From contig MU057711.1 in NCBI GenBank assembly GCA_013265495.1, positions 992,001-1,056,000 of the forward strand: a stretch of 64,000 nucleotides of DNA, read 5' to 3'. The notes under the pieces are model-generated. The model ran no database searches. It saw nothing but the letters and a program-made list of their open reading frames with translations, and was not told where the DNA came from. Numbering within the stretch: position 1 is the stretch's first letter; each line of letters starts with the position of its first letter. The DNA is from Vicugna vicugna. Taxonomy: Eukaryota. Shown here piece by piece: positions 40,581 to 54,009 of the stretch. The position numbers and the translations under genes are program-made.

Positions 40581-42199
40581 TGAGATTCAGACTCACGTCT
40601 TTCATTAATAATTTACTCTTAGGAATTACTAAGTAGCAACAACTGATTTTTATAGCCTAGGGTATACAAGCATACCATACCGTATTATCACATTCTAGAT
40701 GTTTGACCATCAGTTGTATTGATGAGAAAGATTCTGTGGATCCAAACAGTCATCATTTGCATTTGACTGTATGTGGTATCTGAACATTTGAGTTTTAGTC
40801 AAAAACTGTTTCCCCCATCCTGCAATGCTCATGTTTACTTTACTCAGACTTCTAAGAAAAAAAACGGGGAGGAGTATATTTCTATAAATAATTTCCCTTT
40901 CATATGGCAAAATGAATTTCTGTCATTCTGCCTTCTAAAAATTCAGCTCTTTTCAACTCACAACATTTCTAGAATTCAGAGAGAAGCTCCTGCCAAACTT
41001 TGCCATTCAGAACATAGCTAAAACCAGAAAGGATCATAGTGGCTATTCAAGAGTCTGCAAGTCTGACCTGGGGAAAAGGTTCTTGGCACCACTGTTCACC
41101 ATCTACCATCTATTATGGGCACACACTCGAGGGGCTTTATCAGCTGTTTCCTGGATCACATTTGGTTTGAAGCAGCTGAGTGAAGGTATAAAAGGAACAG
41201 CATAAGGCGCTACCTGCAGAGTTCACAACAGCAAATGATAACTGGCAACACAGGTGTAAAAATAAATTTAAGGAAGATATAATAGTTAAAAAACATAGCA
41301 ACTTGAGATCAGCTATCATGAGTGTAGATCTGGCAGCTGCCAAGAGCATAACTGTGCCCTGGCACAGTACAAAAGAAGATACTCAAGTCCACCGCAAATC
41401 AGTGAGGAAGGAGAAACTATGCAGGCAAGGAGGCTCTTAATACATTACAGATACACCGATACGTGAGTCCTACAGAATGTACATAAATTAGAAGTGCCTT
41501 AAAAAAAACAAACTTTCAATATCATTAACTTACAAATCTATAGCCGGTCCACTGTTAAGATAACATGTCTCTACCTGGCTACTTAAATTAACAGTATGGC
41601 TATAAAATTAAAGTAACCATTTTAATCATTTTTCCAATGTACTTCCTACGTTTGCTTTCTGTTTCATCTTCCTCCTCAATCTCATTTCTAAAATGCCTAC
41701 AAGTTCTTTCCCAGGAGGGGTACCTTAACTACTCTGCAGTGACCCTTATATGCTCACCTGAGTGTACTTCTGGAAACAGGACCAGGGGCCACACTCAAAG
41801 TCTACCTAGACATCATCCCCATTACATCTATAAATTTCTGAAATCCTAAAGCTTCCAAAACTTTCAGCTCTTCTGAGCAATTTTATCTTCACTCTTCTGG
41901 TCCCCAACCTCATTTCTGTTACTCTTCTCACTCTTAATAAAAGACATTATTTTATCAGAGCCCAGAGGCCAACATATGTAAATTCCTTTGACTACCTCTC
42001 TTTTTTCATCTAAATTTCTATTTTTAATAAAGTCTTTCTCTTTCCTTCTGCTTCAAAGCCATGCTTTTTCCAGGCCTTGATTCATGACTCCCCTCTTACC
42101 AACCCACCCCTCCCCCTCTGCCTCCAAACATGCCAGGGTTTCCCTGATCCTGCAGAACACTTCCTTTAGCCCTACTGCCTTATGCATGGGACTCTGTCT

Positions 42200-42952
42200 T
42201 TTCATCTTCACACTTTTTGTAAAAGTAACCTAAACCCCATTTCCCTGTCAACTCCTTGACATCTGGGTTCTGCCTCCATTCAAACTGAAATCACTTTCTT
42301 GAATGATACCTAACGCCACATCCAAAGGTCCTTTACTCTGTACTCTCTCTACTTGGGCTCTCTACCTACTTGGTAGGTAGCACCCTATTGCTGAGCAACT
42401 TCTCCTTGACAAGTCCTTTCCTCTCCACACTTGGAGATACCGCTAGCTATCTTTACTTCCTAATTTTCTGACTATTCCCCCAAATCCTTTGCTGCCCTTT
42501 CCCACTGTACCTTAAATGTAATTATTCACCAAGGTTCTGTCCTTGTCCTCTCCCTCAGTTTATACTCTGACAGGATTTTTTAAGTTCCAACCACAACTTT
42601 TCCTTCTCTGGCGATAGCTCCAAATGTCTATCTCTAGCCTTTAATACAGTTAGACTGCAGACACCCCTGGGCATTTCTACCTATTCCACAAGTGCCTCAA
42701 ACCTCACAAGTCTGAATCAGAGCTCACAGCTCTTCGCTCCATCTTTGGTCCAAGTTCCCTTCAATGACACATAGATGCCAGATTCAAAGTTTTCTTTCCT
42801 TGTCCATCAATTGTAGTCCCCTTTACAAATCTAGTCACATGTGAACACTACAACCAACACTAAACTTCTTTTGTTGCCAGTCTTGCCCCACTCCACCCCC
42901 TTGAAACAGTATCAAAGTTATGCCTGAAAGTGTACCCTTCATTTCCTTACTC
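42200..42952 (+). mobile_element. L2 remnant, the host of the L1 derivative (resumes at ~45967)
   Basis: Pyrimidine-rich L2 motifs. ...ctcaaaaactttcta|aagcttctcactgc...aggattaacattcaag reads through across the TSD. Confidence 0.6.
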
Positions 42953-42964
42953 AAAAACTTTCTA

Positions 42965-45954
42965 GAGAGAGAAGCAAGACGGTGGAGTAGAAGGACGCTT
43001 GTAGCTCACCCTCTCCCACAAATACACCAAAACGCGAATCTACATACCCACTCAGCCAACCAGAGCACCTGCCGAACTCCAACAGAATATCGCCCTCTTC
43101 AAAAGACAAGGACAAAGACAAAAAGAAAAAAGAAAGAGCAAAACAGTGCAGGACCAATCCCGTGGGGAGGGAGTGGCAAAGGAGGATCGGTGCTCGTTCA
43201 CTGGGTCTCCCCTCTCCAATGGAGAGGCCAGCGGGACGGAGGGGAAGACTCCAAGGCTCAGATCTGCCCCAAGCACCCCCTGACTGACAGAACTAAGTTA
43301 AACGGGCACAAAGGGTCCCCACAACACCCAGCCCAAGACACGAGCCCGCAGCTGGGGGCCAGGACAGGCCGCCCGAGCCGGGCAGAGGACTGCATGGTTG
43401 CACTGAGGCAGCCCCAGGGGAATGCAGGGTGCAGTGTGCCGTGGCTGGGAGGGGATATGGAGCAGAACAACCTCGGTCCTCCATAAATTGCAAGAAAAGC
43501 AAAGCAACACAGCTGGTGTGCCCTGGGGAGAGAGTGCTATAGCCTTTGTCTCCTCAGACCTCAGACACCACCATTACCGGCGCTTCTCGCGAGAAGAAGG
43601 GGGGGGGGCACAGCCACAGCTGCCATCTCCTCTAGTGCGCAGCACCTGGGTGGGGGAAGGGGAGGGGCTGAGCCCTGAATCCTCACCTGGGGGCTCTGCA
43701 ACCTCCGAGGCAGGACTGAGACTTGTTTACAGCCCAAGGCAGATAGGATCTTTCTGCCCTGGCACCTCAGAGAACTTGCAATGCCAAGACAAACAAGGAG
43801 CTGAGATTTGGCATGGAGCAGGGGCGGGGCCATTCCGTGGTCTTCCCCAAGCCCGCCTCTGGAGCACTGACCTGAGGCACAGCAGGCAGCTGCACAGAGC
43901 AGTGCAGCAACTGGCGCCCGCCAGGAGAGGGTGGGCAGCAACCCGCTTTCCTGGAAGGAACGCAGCACCTGACCTCGGTGCTGGGAGGGGGCGCGATCTG
44001 CCCACCTGCCTCGCCTGAGCGCAGCATCTGACTGCAGCATCAGGAGGGGGTGCGATCTGCTAGCTGACAGCCACTGGGAGCAGCACAGAAGAGAGCGCCA
44101 ACAGAGGGCCTCTGGAAACAGCAAGCTGAGTATGCGAAACAGGGCAAAGATACAAAGACCTCTCAATAAAATCATTAAGAGCACACCGTCTCCAGGAGAA
44201 CTAGATAACTCATACTCCTTAAGCCACAGTGCCAGAGAGATATGAGCAATATGAAGAAGCAGAGGAACCACTCCCAGTTAAAAGATCAAGAGAAATCCCC
44301 TGAAAGCACGATCAAGGAAATAGACATTGATGGCCTACTAGATCAAGATTTCAAAAAAGGGGTGATCAAAGTACTGAAGGAACTAAAAGAAATAGTGTTG
44401 AGAGATATAAAATATGTCAAAAATGAAATAGAAGCTATTAAGAAGAATCAAGTAGAATTAGTAAACTCATTTGCTGAGATGAGAGCTGACCTAAAGGCTG
44501 TACAAAGCAGGCTAGATAATGCAGAGGAATGAACAAGTGACCTAGAAGACAGGACAACAGAAAGCACCCAATCAGAACAGCTGAGAGAAAAACAAATAAA
44601 AAACAATGAAAATAAAAGGAACCTATGGGATAATATAAAGTGTGCCAATCTACGCATAATAGGGGTTCCAGAAGAGGAAGAAAGAATAAAGGGAATTGAA
44701 AAGGTATTTGAAGAAATCATGACTGAAAACTTTCCAAACCTAAAGCAATCAGATATCCAAGTACAGGAGGCTCAGAGAGTCCCAAACAGGAAGAACCCAA
44801 ACAGACCCACACCAAGATATATTGTAATCATGATGGCCAGAGTCAAGGATAAAGAAATGATCCTAAAGGCAGCAAGAGAAAAGCAAAGAGTGAGTTACAA
44901 GGGAACCCGCATAAGGCTCTCAGCTGATTTCTCTACACAAACAGTACAGGCCAGAAGGGAGTGGCAAGATATATTCAAAGTCCTGAATGAAAAAAAAGAT
45001 GCAGCCTAGGATACTCTATCCAGCAAGGCTATCCTTTAGAATAGAAGGGGAGATAAAGAACTTCACAGACAAGCAACAACTAAAAGAGTTTAGCAACACT
45101 AAGCCCATGCTAAAAGAAATACTGACAGGTCTACTCTAAATAGAAAAGAAGCAGGATGCTACAAAAATGAGAAACTCATAACTGGAAAGGAGATAACTGC
45201 CGTGAATTACAAAAAGAATAAACACAAAATTGTAAAAGAAGACATCTAAATCATTAAGAGTGGGAGAGGGAAGCTAGGAAAGCCACTGTGGAAAACAGTA
45301 TGGAGGAATAGGAATAGACTTACCATAGGACCCAGTAATCTTGCTCCTGGGCATATATCCAGAAGGAACTGTACTTCAAAATGACACCTGCACCCCAATG
45401 TTCATAGTAGCACTATTTACAATAGCCAAGACATGGAAACAGCCTAAATGTTCATCAACGGATGACTGGATAAAGAACATGTGGTATGTTTATATGATGG
45501 AATACTATTCAGCCACAAAAGCTGAAAACATAAGGCCATTTGCAGCAACATGGATGTTCCTGAATAATGTCATTATAAGCGAAGTAAGCCAGAAAGAAAA
45601 AGAAAAATACCATATGAGATCACTCATATGACGAATCTAAAAACAAAACAAAACAAAACAAAACATAAATACAAAACAGAAACAGACTCATAGACATAGA
45701 ATACAAACTTATGGTTGCCAAGGGGGCGGGGGTGGGGTGGGAAGGGACAGACTGGAATTTTAAAATTCAGAATAGATAAACAAGATTATATTGTATAGCA
45801 CAGGGAAATATAAACAAGATCTTGTGGTAGCTCATAGTGGGAAAAAAATGTGACAATGAATATATATATGTTCATGTATAACTGAAAAGTTGTGCTCTAC
45901 ACTAGAATTTGACACAACTTTGTAAAATGACCATTATTCTAAAAAAATGTTAAA
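42965..45954 (+). mobile_element. Young L1 derivative: 5'UTR + ORF1 + ORF2 tip + 3'UTR, with most of ORF2 deleted
   Basis: 12-bp TSD AAAAACTTTCTA at 42953-42964 and 45955-45966. GC-rich 5'UTR, recognisable ORF1, a jump at ~45282 to ORF2 C-terminal sequence, and an A-rich tail. Inserted into an L2. Confidence 0.92.
44242..45139 (+). pseudogene. L1 ORF1p remnant (~298 codons) with two lesions
   Basis: Motifs NLRIIGVPE, ENFPNL, RPTPR, ILKAAREK, IRLSADFS, ARREW, YPARLSF. In-frame TGA at 44530-44532 (probably CGA>TGA), frameshift in the A-run near 44990-44997, TAA at 45137-45139. Confidence 0.9.
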
Positions 45955-46199
45955 AAAAACTTTCTAAAGCTTCTCACTGCACAGGATTAACATTCAAGAT
46001 CCTAAGAATTATATTCAAAGTCCTCTGTGGTTTGAACTTTAGCATGTTTTCTTATTTTTGCAGCCTAATCTAACTTTTCTTTCCTTCAAGAATTAGCAAA
46101 AATGGGGTGGGGGATGTTAATGTGTTTTCTATACAGAACAGTATCTTATTATTTAAACAATAGCATTTATCATAACTCTACGAGACAGTGTGGGCACGG

Positions 46200-46405
46200 C
46201 CCTTGGTCATTTAACCAGGGGTGATTCTGCTCTTAATGAGGGCACTGGCAATGTCAGGAAACATTTCTGGTTGTCAAAACTGAGGGGTTGCTCTTGGCAT
46301 CTTGGGGGTAGAGGCCAGGGATGCTGCTAAACATTCCACAATGGGACCCTACAACAAAGTATTAGCTGATCAAAATGTCAATAGTGCCACTGTTAAGAAA
46401 TTCTG
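46200..46405. mobile_element. MER20 (hAT-Charlie MITE)
   Basis: ggcaatgtcaggaaacatttctggttgtca...gtagaggccagggatgctgctaaacat...caaaatgtcaatagtgcc. Confidence 0.8.
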
Positions 46406-47429
46406 AACCAATCAATAAATGTCTAATAAATACATGTCAAAATAGGAATTAGGAAGTTTGGGAACACAGGCTGACATCCAACCTGGTAGTGTCAATGATG
46501 TGGGGAAGATTGTTTAAGAGAAGTGTGACCAAAGTGACAAAAAAAGCTGGGGAGGGTGTTCCATTTTAATAGTTTGCATAGCATTAGGAAAAATAATCAA
46601 ACACTTCTAAATAAGGCAAAAGGATGGCCTCTCAATTACAATGCAGCACTCTTTGGCCCACCCAAAGATGATTCACTTCTCTGGGAAATTTACCTATGTC
46701 CGACACACCATTTATTATTAATTAGGGCCTGGACTGTGATGCTACATGTTAAAATGCAGATTTTTATCCAGTAAAGATGCCAATTATCTCCACCTGGTAG
46801 AAAAGATATCCCCAAAGGTTCTAATTTCACTGGTTTGTAAGATATTAGCCAATTTGTACCTAAGCAAGCAATTTTATTCCACTATTCCTTTTTTTAGTGC
46901 AGATCCTCAAATCCTCAAAAGCTCTCTGAACCACTTTTACATTCCTGCTGGTTCTCTTATTCATAAGATCTCTGACTGTGTCAAAGTCATGTTTGGAATT
47001 TTTAAAAGAAATTTTCACTTTGGCAATTTTGTAGGACCTGTAGAGATGTCCAAGTGGGCTCACCTGCTTGGAGCTATTAAACAGACTGGCACAAGAAGGG
47101 CATCTCACTGGTTGTGTGAGCCCAAGCATATTTCATTTTGGCTCCCAGAGTGAATCCTAAACTGGAAGTGAATTTTTACTAGTACTGTTGTTCTTTTTCC
47201 TTCTGATTTTGGGTTTTTGCTTTATAGTTCTTGGCCACATGTCCCTTTTCATACTTGCTCAGAGACCAAATGGCTACAGACTACCAGGTCAGTCTCACGC
47301 AGGAACCTAACCTGCAAGAATCTGATTTTACAGTCTGACCATGTGGTAAAAGAACAGCTACATGCTCTCCCAATGTCATATACTAGAGAACTGTCTAGCA
47401 GTCCCAAACAAGGGTTACTTAATAGCTAG

Positions 47430-47790
47430 GGCAGCAGAGTCCAAGAGAACTGTCTGTAATGACAGAAATATTCTATATCATGTCCAAACTGGCAGCCAAT
47501 AGCTACGCGTGGTCACTAAGTATTTGAAATACAACTGAAGAAATGAATATTTAATTTCAGTGAATTTTATTTAAACAGCCACATGTGGTCGTGGCTACAT
47601 ACTCAACAGTGCAAACCCAGCCTCCAGATTTTTATACAGCCCCTAAGAATTGTCTTTACCTTTTAAAGGGTTGTAAAAAGCAAAAACAAAGAAGAACATG
47701 AGACAGAAACCCTGTATGGTCCATAAAGTCTAAAATATTTATTATCTGGCTCTTTACAGAAAAAGTATGCCTATGTATGAACACTCTAGG
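47430..47790. mobile_element. Adjacent MER3-like and MER58B-like hAT MITEs
   Basis: gaaatattctatat...agccacatgtgg..gtggctac, then cctgtatggtcc...aaaatatttattatctggctctttacagaaaaagt. Confidence 0.65.
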
Positions 47791-48219
47791 AGAGTGTATT
47801 TTTTTATCTGACATACCATTTATACCGAGTAAGGCCCAGAATCTGTGAAACTACATATTAACTTGCAGATTTGTCCAGTAGAGACACAGATGACTTCTGT
47901 TTGGTATAACAGATAACTCCAAAGGTTATGGTTTCATTACACTGTATGACATTAACAATTTTTATATCCAATCTAGCAGTCTTATTTCAACATTCTTTTT
48001 CAGTACCTATATGTGTTCCTTAAATCAGTTTTACTAACCAGCTAGTTTCCTCACAAATGAGTTAAATAAATATTTGACACGTTCTCACTTGGTATCTTCA
48101 GGAATCACATTTTAATTTAAAAAATGAAAATAAGTGCTCATTTTAAAAGTTCCTGTTTACAAAAACGAAACATAAAAATGGCAGGGATTCCAAACATATT
48201 TTAAGAAATAAATAATATG

Positions 48220-48620
48220 ATTAGGTAGTCCCTCCTACTGTCCACCAATATTCATGTTCTCCTTTAACAACAGAACCCAGATTCTGTCCAGGGCAGCAAT
48301 GTGTCTAGTTAGAACATTTCCTAGCTCCCTTTTCTACCAGGACTGGCCATACGACAGTTCTGACCACCAAGAGGTAAGGAAAAGTCTGCTGGGGTTTTGC
48401 AGAAAGATGTTGCTGCTTCTTCCTTCCTTCTTCGAAATAGAGACCTGGTGGCTGGAGGTGCAGTAGTTATTTTGTGATCAAGAGGGAAAGGCCAAAAGAG
48501 CTGCAGGGACCTTCACCCTGACAGCCCCGGAACAATACTCAGCCTTGGACTATCTTCAGGCTTCTTACTGAGTGAAAGAAAACCAAACTCCTGTTTTGTA
48601 TCACTGGAGCCAAATCCTGA
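48220..48620. mobile_element. Old MaLR LTR (MLT1J/K-like)
   Basis: aacagaacccagattctg...acatttcctagctccc...tggaggtgcagtagttattttgtgatca. Confidence 0.55.
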
Positions 48621-51600
48621 TCTATCAGCTTAACTCATAGAGACATACATTAGCATTAACCTATTAATAAATGAAATAATAACTTCATTATCTTAATTTA
48701 AAAAATACCAAGACTAATAATGAAACATATTGTGAACTAAATGCATGGGTTCAAGAGTGGATAAAGATCCCAGATGACTAGTAGACTGGGAGTTCCAATC
48801 AAAAGATGCCATAATGACAAGTGACTTGCACATAGACAATTTAGATGTGAATCCACACAGCTCTTCTTCTTCAATTAATTTAAGTAACTAATTCTGTCAC
48901 CAGTAAGACTGAACAAAACATTCTTTAAGTTGAAGGGAAACTCTTAAAATGACAATTAAAAGAAATAACTCAGTTTCTTTAAACAAAAAGATTTTCTTAT
49001 GTTGTTTCTGTAAGACATAACTGATTTTTAAAAAAAAAAATTCCTTTAATTACTATAAGGATTTTCCCCCTATAATTTTGTTTTAGAAATGCAAGACTGC
49101 TAACTTTATACAATTATATTAATCTAGTAAAAAGCCAACATGGAACAAGATGCTGTCCCTGATTTAATTAGAATCCTACAACAGTAGCTGGTAAACAAAT
49201 AGAGAAGAGGAAACTACAGTCATGAGCAATCACTTTGACTCCAGCATAATCAGCATGAGTATCCCTTATTGCAACATTCTGGTATAACCCCAAAACATTA
49301 ACCATAAAAAGAAACTGAACCCAGCACCGTTTCTCAAGAAGACGATTTTCACAACCATAGTAAGTTAAAAAACATCATTCTAGGAAATGCAAAAAGGCCA
49401 CCAACCTCCTTTCTGGTAAAATCAAAACAAAATTCTATGTCACTACCCAGTATTACATCTATGAATTATTTCCTCCGTGAACAAATTTACTGTTGAAGAA
49501 TTCATTCATGAAACCAGGTACAAAGTTCTTCTAACAGAAAAAGACATGAAACAATAAAGAGTCCATTTAACCCTCTGAAGTCAGCGAAGTAAAACGCTAT
49601 TTCCAGAATGGCATTTTCTTTATCCTCATCTTTCTCTTCTCTTACTCCACAAATATGTTAGCAAAACCTCAGCTAAAGAACAATCACCAACTCTTCATAA
49701 GACTCCCTCTTCTTTTCTTCACAAACTAAAAGTGGCTTGGATGTTAGTCTATATTACCATAGTTTCTCAGGTGTCCTGTAATTTCAATGTTTAAGATTGA
49801 CAAGCCCTCCAAATTACTCTCCTTGTAAATCCTCCAGACTGGTGCTCTTGGTAGGTCACTGGCTATGCATCACGGGGGCTACTCACTGCCATGAGTAATG
49901 CCCCAAATCACATCAACTGATGGGCACCTATGGTTGGCAAATTCAGCACTCTAAAGGTTCACAGAGAAACCACACAGCAAGTAGCCATGCCATTTACTTC
50001 CAATTACTTCTCTTTTGTTTATTAACCTTCAGGCCAGGATCCTAGTTCAACACCAACTCCAGCTCCCAGTCCGCTGCTGTGGACCTCGGTGACCTCTCTA
50101 GATGCCTCACACTTCCATCCTCCATCCTCTCGCTTCTCTAAGTTAAAAGGAATACTTCCACTTCACCCATCACCCCTGAGGCACCACTCCTTGTTCTTAG
50201 AATCACCCTCAGAATTCTTCCACACCTAGGATTCTGATCTCTGAAATGCCTAACTGCAACCTCTAGAATTCTCCAATACTTACGAAACTTGTCCTCTGTC
50301 AGCATGCTTTTCTGAGTCTAGGAGGGGATGAGGTCTGTCTTGCCCCTTCCTTTATTCTCATAGTTCATTGAGCCGCTTCTGCCTTCACCTGCCTCCTCTC
50401 CAGTCTGAATCTCCCAAACTATTTGTTCACTGAAAGCAGAAGGTAAGTCTTGCATATTTTGGGGCTGTCCTACCCAAATGAGGCTGATCATTCAGAAACA
50501 TTTCCTGGGCCCCAAGTGCCTTGCTCAGCTGCACCTTAGATTCCTCTGTGAGTGTGTGCTTCACCAACACTGGATGTGGGCAAAACGATCACCTACTTGA
50601 GAACTGCCAGATCAAGCGACACTATAAATTCATACCATCTAACCTTCCCTGGCCCTTACTTCAGGTCCAGTCCTTTTTTAATTCTTTCCAATGCATTTCC
50701 AACAGTTCTGCTGCATCTGTGCAAACATACTCAGCTGTCTTCAAGTTCTCACCCTCCCTCTCATAAATGGTCATCCTACTTTACCAAGACAGCACTGTAG
50801 ACCACTGAGGCCTTCGAGTGCCCTGTTAACCAAATGGGAAAAAAAATGCATATCTTCACTCATCTTGTCTCCTACTATCTAAAGCAGAGATCCAAAAAAG
50901 TAGTTCAAGAGCTGGTCCACTGACATGTTTTGTTCACCACGCAAGGTTGCTTTTTGTTTCCTTTTCTTAGAGTATGTTCTTTTAAAAATGTTAGTGCAAA
51001 ACTTTTATTGAGATATAATTCATGCCTGGTTTTTAAAACATAAATTAGTTGCCTCTTATATAAAAACAAAAAAGATTTCCCATCATGAAATGCAGACTTC
51101 TGGCCTGTCTTGGGTGAAAAGATCAGAGATCACTGAGCATGGGCATCTGCCCTCTTCCACCAGGCACGGGCATCTTGGTTCATCAGTTCCTTCCTACCAA
51201 CCAGCCCTCTGCAGTCTCCCCATCTGGGACTGGTCCCAGGGTGAAATTCAAATTTGTGGCTCTTTGATCTAAAGGAAGAGTTCTAACTATCTCCAGGGCT
51301 GCGATTTCTTGAGTCTCATCCCTCCCCACCACTGCCTGACTCGAGGGATCCCACCCTGCTTTGCATCTTTGCTTTCTTTGTGAATGCGGCAGCATGTGGT
51401 CAGTACCTCCACTTCCTCTCTGAAATTCAATCCTCAACCTCCTTCGTTTCCATGATGTCTGCCACCACTCACTTCAGTCCCCTCCCACTGGGCCCCTATG
51501 GACAATGCCTGCTTCTGGTTTTTCTCTCACTTTCAGGCATTGCTTCTCTAGCTCTCGTAGTAATGTCACAGCACATAAATTTTGCTAAACATTTACCCCC

Positions 51601-54009
51601 AATTTTTGTACGTCTGTCATCACAAACCAGCAATGGACCATACTAGGAAACACAAACCTAGCTAGAGAAACACTGATGATGGAGGCATTTCTTAGAAATG
51701 TAAATCTGAGGCATCACTCCTGTTCTTAAAACCCTTCCATGATTCTCCACTGCGTGCCTGCTTGGTAAAATCCATGTTCTTTAGCAGGTCCCCCATGCTT
51801 GTGACCTAATAGCTTTCCTCCGTTCTTCTCCTACACTTGAGGAATCCACGAAAAAATGGCACTATTATGTGTGCCCACGATTTTGTACATGCTCTTCCAT
51901 CTGGAACACTCTCATTCATCCTTCAGTGCCCCGATGGGCAGAGTAACCCTCTCCTGTATTACTGTAACATCTTGCACATACTTCAACTGTTAATTGTTCT
52001 TTCCACCTTTGTCTCCCATACTAGGCTGGGGGTTCCTTGAGGTCAAGAGGAAGCAGGTGGTGTACTTTCTGGCACATAAGTTTTCTTTAAGTGTTGGCTG
52101 CCTGGCCCCACCAACCAACAGGTCAAACAACATATGCACCATCCTTCCTGACACTAGGGCTTAAAACTGCTCCCTCAATCCCCACATCCACTCAGTTGCC
52201 AAGACCCAGTGAAAACCTTGTCACCCCACCCATGTCCAGCTCTAATTTGCAACAATATCCCTTCCACATTTGGGTCTTCTTACCTCCAAACAGTTTCAGG
52301 TAAATCCTTCCTCTCCCCAAATCCTCACTGACTCCCTACCAAATAAGGCCCAATGGTCTTAGCCTGGAACTTGGGTCCCAGGAAAATTCTTCTCTCACAA
52401 GGTACTCTGACACTTCCTACAAACACATTCCACATTTTTCTGGCTTCTAGGCCTGTGCCTGCAACCACCTTCACGTGGGAATCTTCCTGACTCTTCAAAG
52501 CCTAGCTCAAGTTGGTCTCCACCAACAAATTTCCCCTCTGACAAAAGTGGCACTCTTATAGAGTGTGCCTTTATAAAAAACTTCCCAGGACATTATGACT
52601 TTCCACCAGTAACCTCTTACCCCTCTTCAGCTAACACAGCCCTAACTAACTAAACTTCCACATTCTTCTCCACTCTAGCATTTGCTAAAGGGTAGTGAAT
52701 TAACATTTTTAAGGCAGGAAAACAACATCAACCATTTGATGGGACCCAGAAAGTTGCCCACCAATCAGAGACTCTACCAGCCAGTTAAAAAAAAATTCTT
52801 TACTCTAAATCTTCCTTCTTCCAAACTTTCTTCTTCACAGCTTAATTTAAAACGTAGATACTCAAGTTGTTTCCTTTTTCTTAATTTTTTAAGATCAAGT
52901 TAACGGTTTTCTCTTCCTCAAAAGAATGTAAAACAAACTCCAAAATGAATTAATGAGAACAAAAAGCCTTTGAGTATGGCATTCAACTCTTACCCATGAA
53001 TTTCAAGGGAACAAAAAGGATTTCTTACAAGTGGGGGGGTTAGATTATGAGTAACAGATCACAAAGACAAATGGGCAGGTGACACATACTACCAAGATAC
53101 TGTAAGACACACCTTTTCCAATCAGCTTATACTGAACTGCACAGCAGAGACAGATAAAAGAACTGGAGTTGGGAGGGTCCAGCAGGGTTTTTCTGTACAG
53201 CAAAAGAAGTACTTTTGATGCTTGCAGTGAGCCTTGAGTAAAGCTGAACTGGGAGGAGGCAGGGCACACAGTAAATGCAATGAGACTCATCAGACTACAG
53301 TGAAGATGTAAGCTAAAAGCTGCTAAGACAGAGAACTGAGAAAATAAAGTGGGGTTAGATTAATAAGTGTTTTGTAAATCAGAGGACTTTGGAATGAATG
53401 GGATAGGCAACAGGAGGCTCTAGTAGGTTCCAGGGCAGGAAAATGACTTTTTATGGATTAGTCTAATGCAAGTTGCACCAGGTAGGGAGGAATGGAGTGA
53501 AGGCAATGAAGTAAGGGAGAGGGCACATACCAAGAATGAAGGTCTTAACTGCTGCAAAAGTAATGGAAGAGAAAGGAATGAATGTATGTAAGGGATTTTC
53601 AGAAGCTGTAATAGGACTTTGTCCTGTCAAACTTTTTAGCCCTCAGGAGGTAGAAGAAATTTAATAGCTAGGGAGAGAACAAGGAGGGGACAGGGCAGGA
53701 GTCAGACCAGTTGTCTGAAATCAACTGGTTTAGAACATCAAGAACAGGAAAGCAAACTTGACTCAAAATCTGCAATGTCAAATTGTGAAGAATCAAACAG
53801 TTAAGTGTCTTATGTCCTCTAGACATGTTAAAAGCAAGCATCGAAATTTTTTTTTTAATCTAAGAAAGTCAAGAGTTACAGCGAATCAGATTCAAGGGCA
53901 CTGTGAAATTTCTGAAGTAGAATGCCAAAAAAGGATTCCTCTCCCCCAACCTCCCCTCTCAGAGTGCTCATCACTTGGGAGATAGGTATCAAGAACAAGG
54001 TCTCTAGAA

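Noticed and set aside
43561..44271. 236-aa antisense ORF in the L1 5'UTR (ORF0-like?)
   Set aside because: Starts at GTG, shows no recognisable similarity to ORF0, and long ORFs occur in several frames of this GC-rich UTR.
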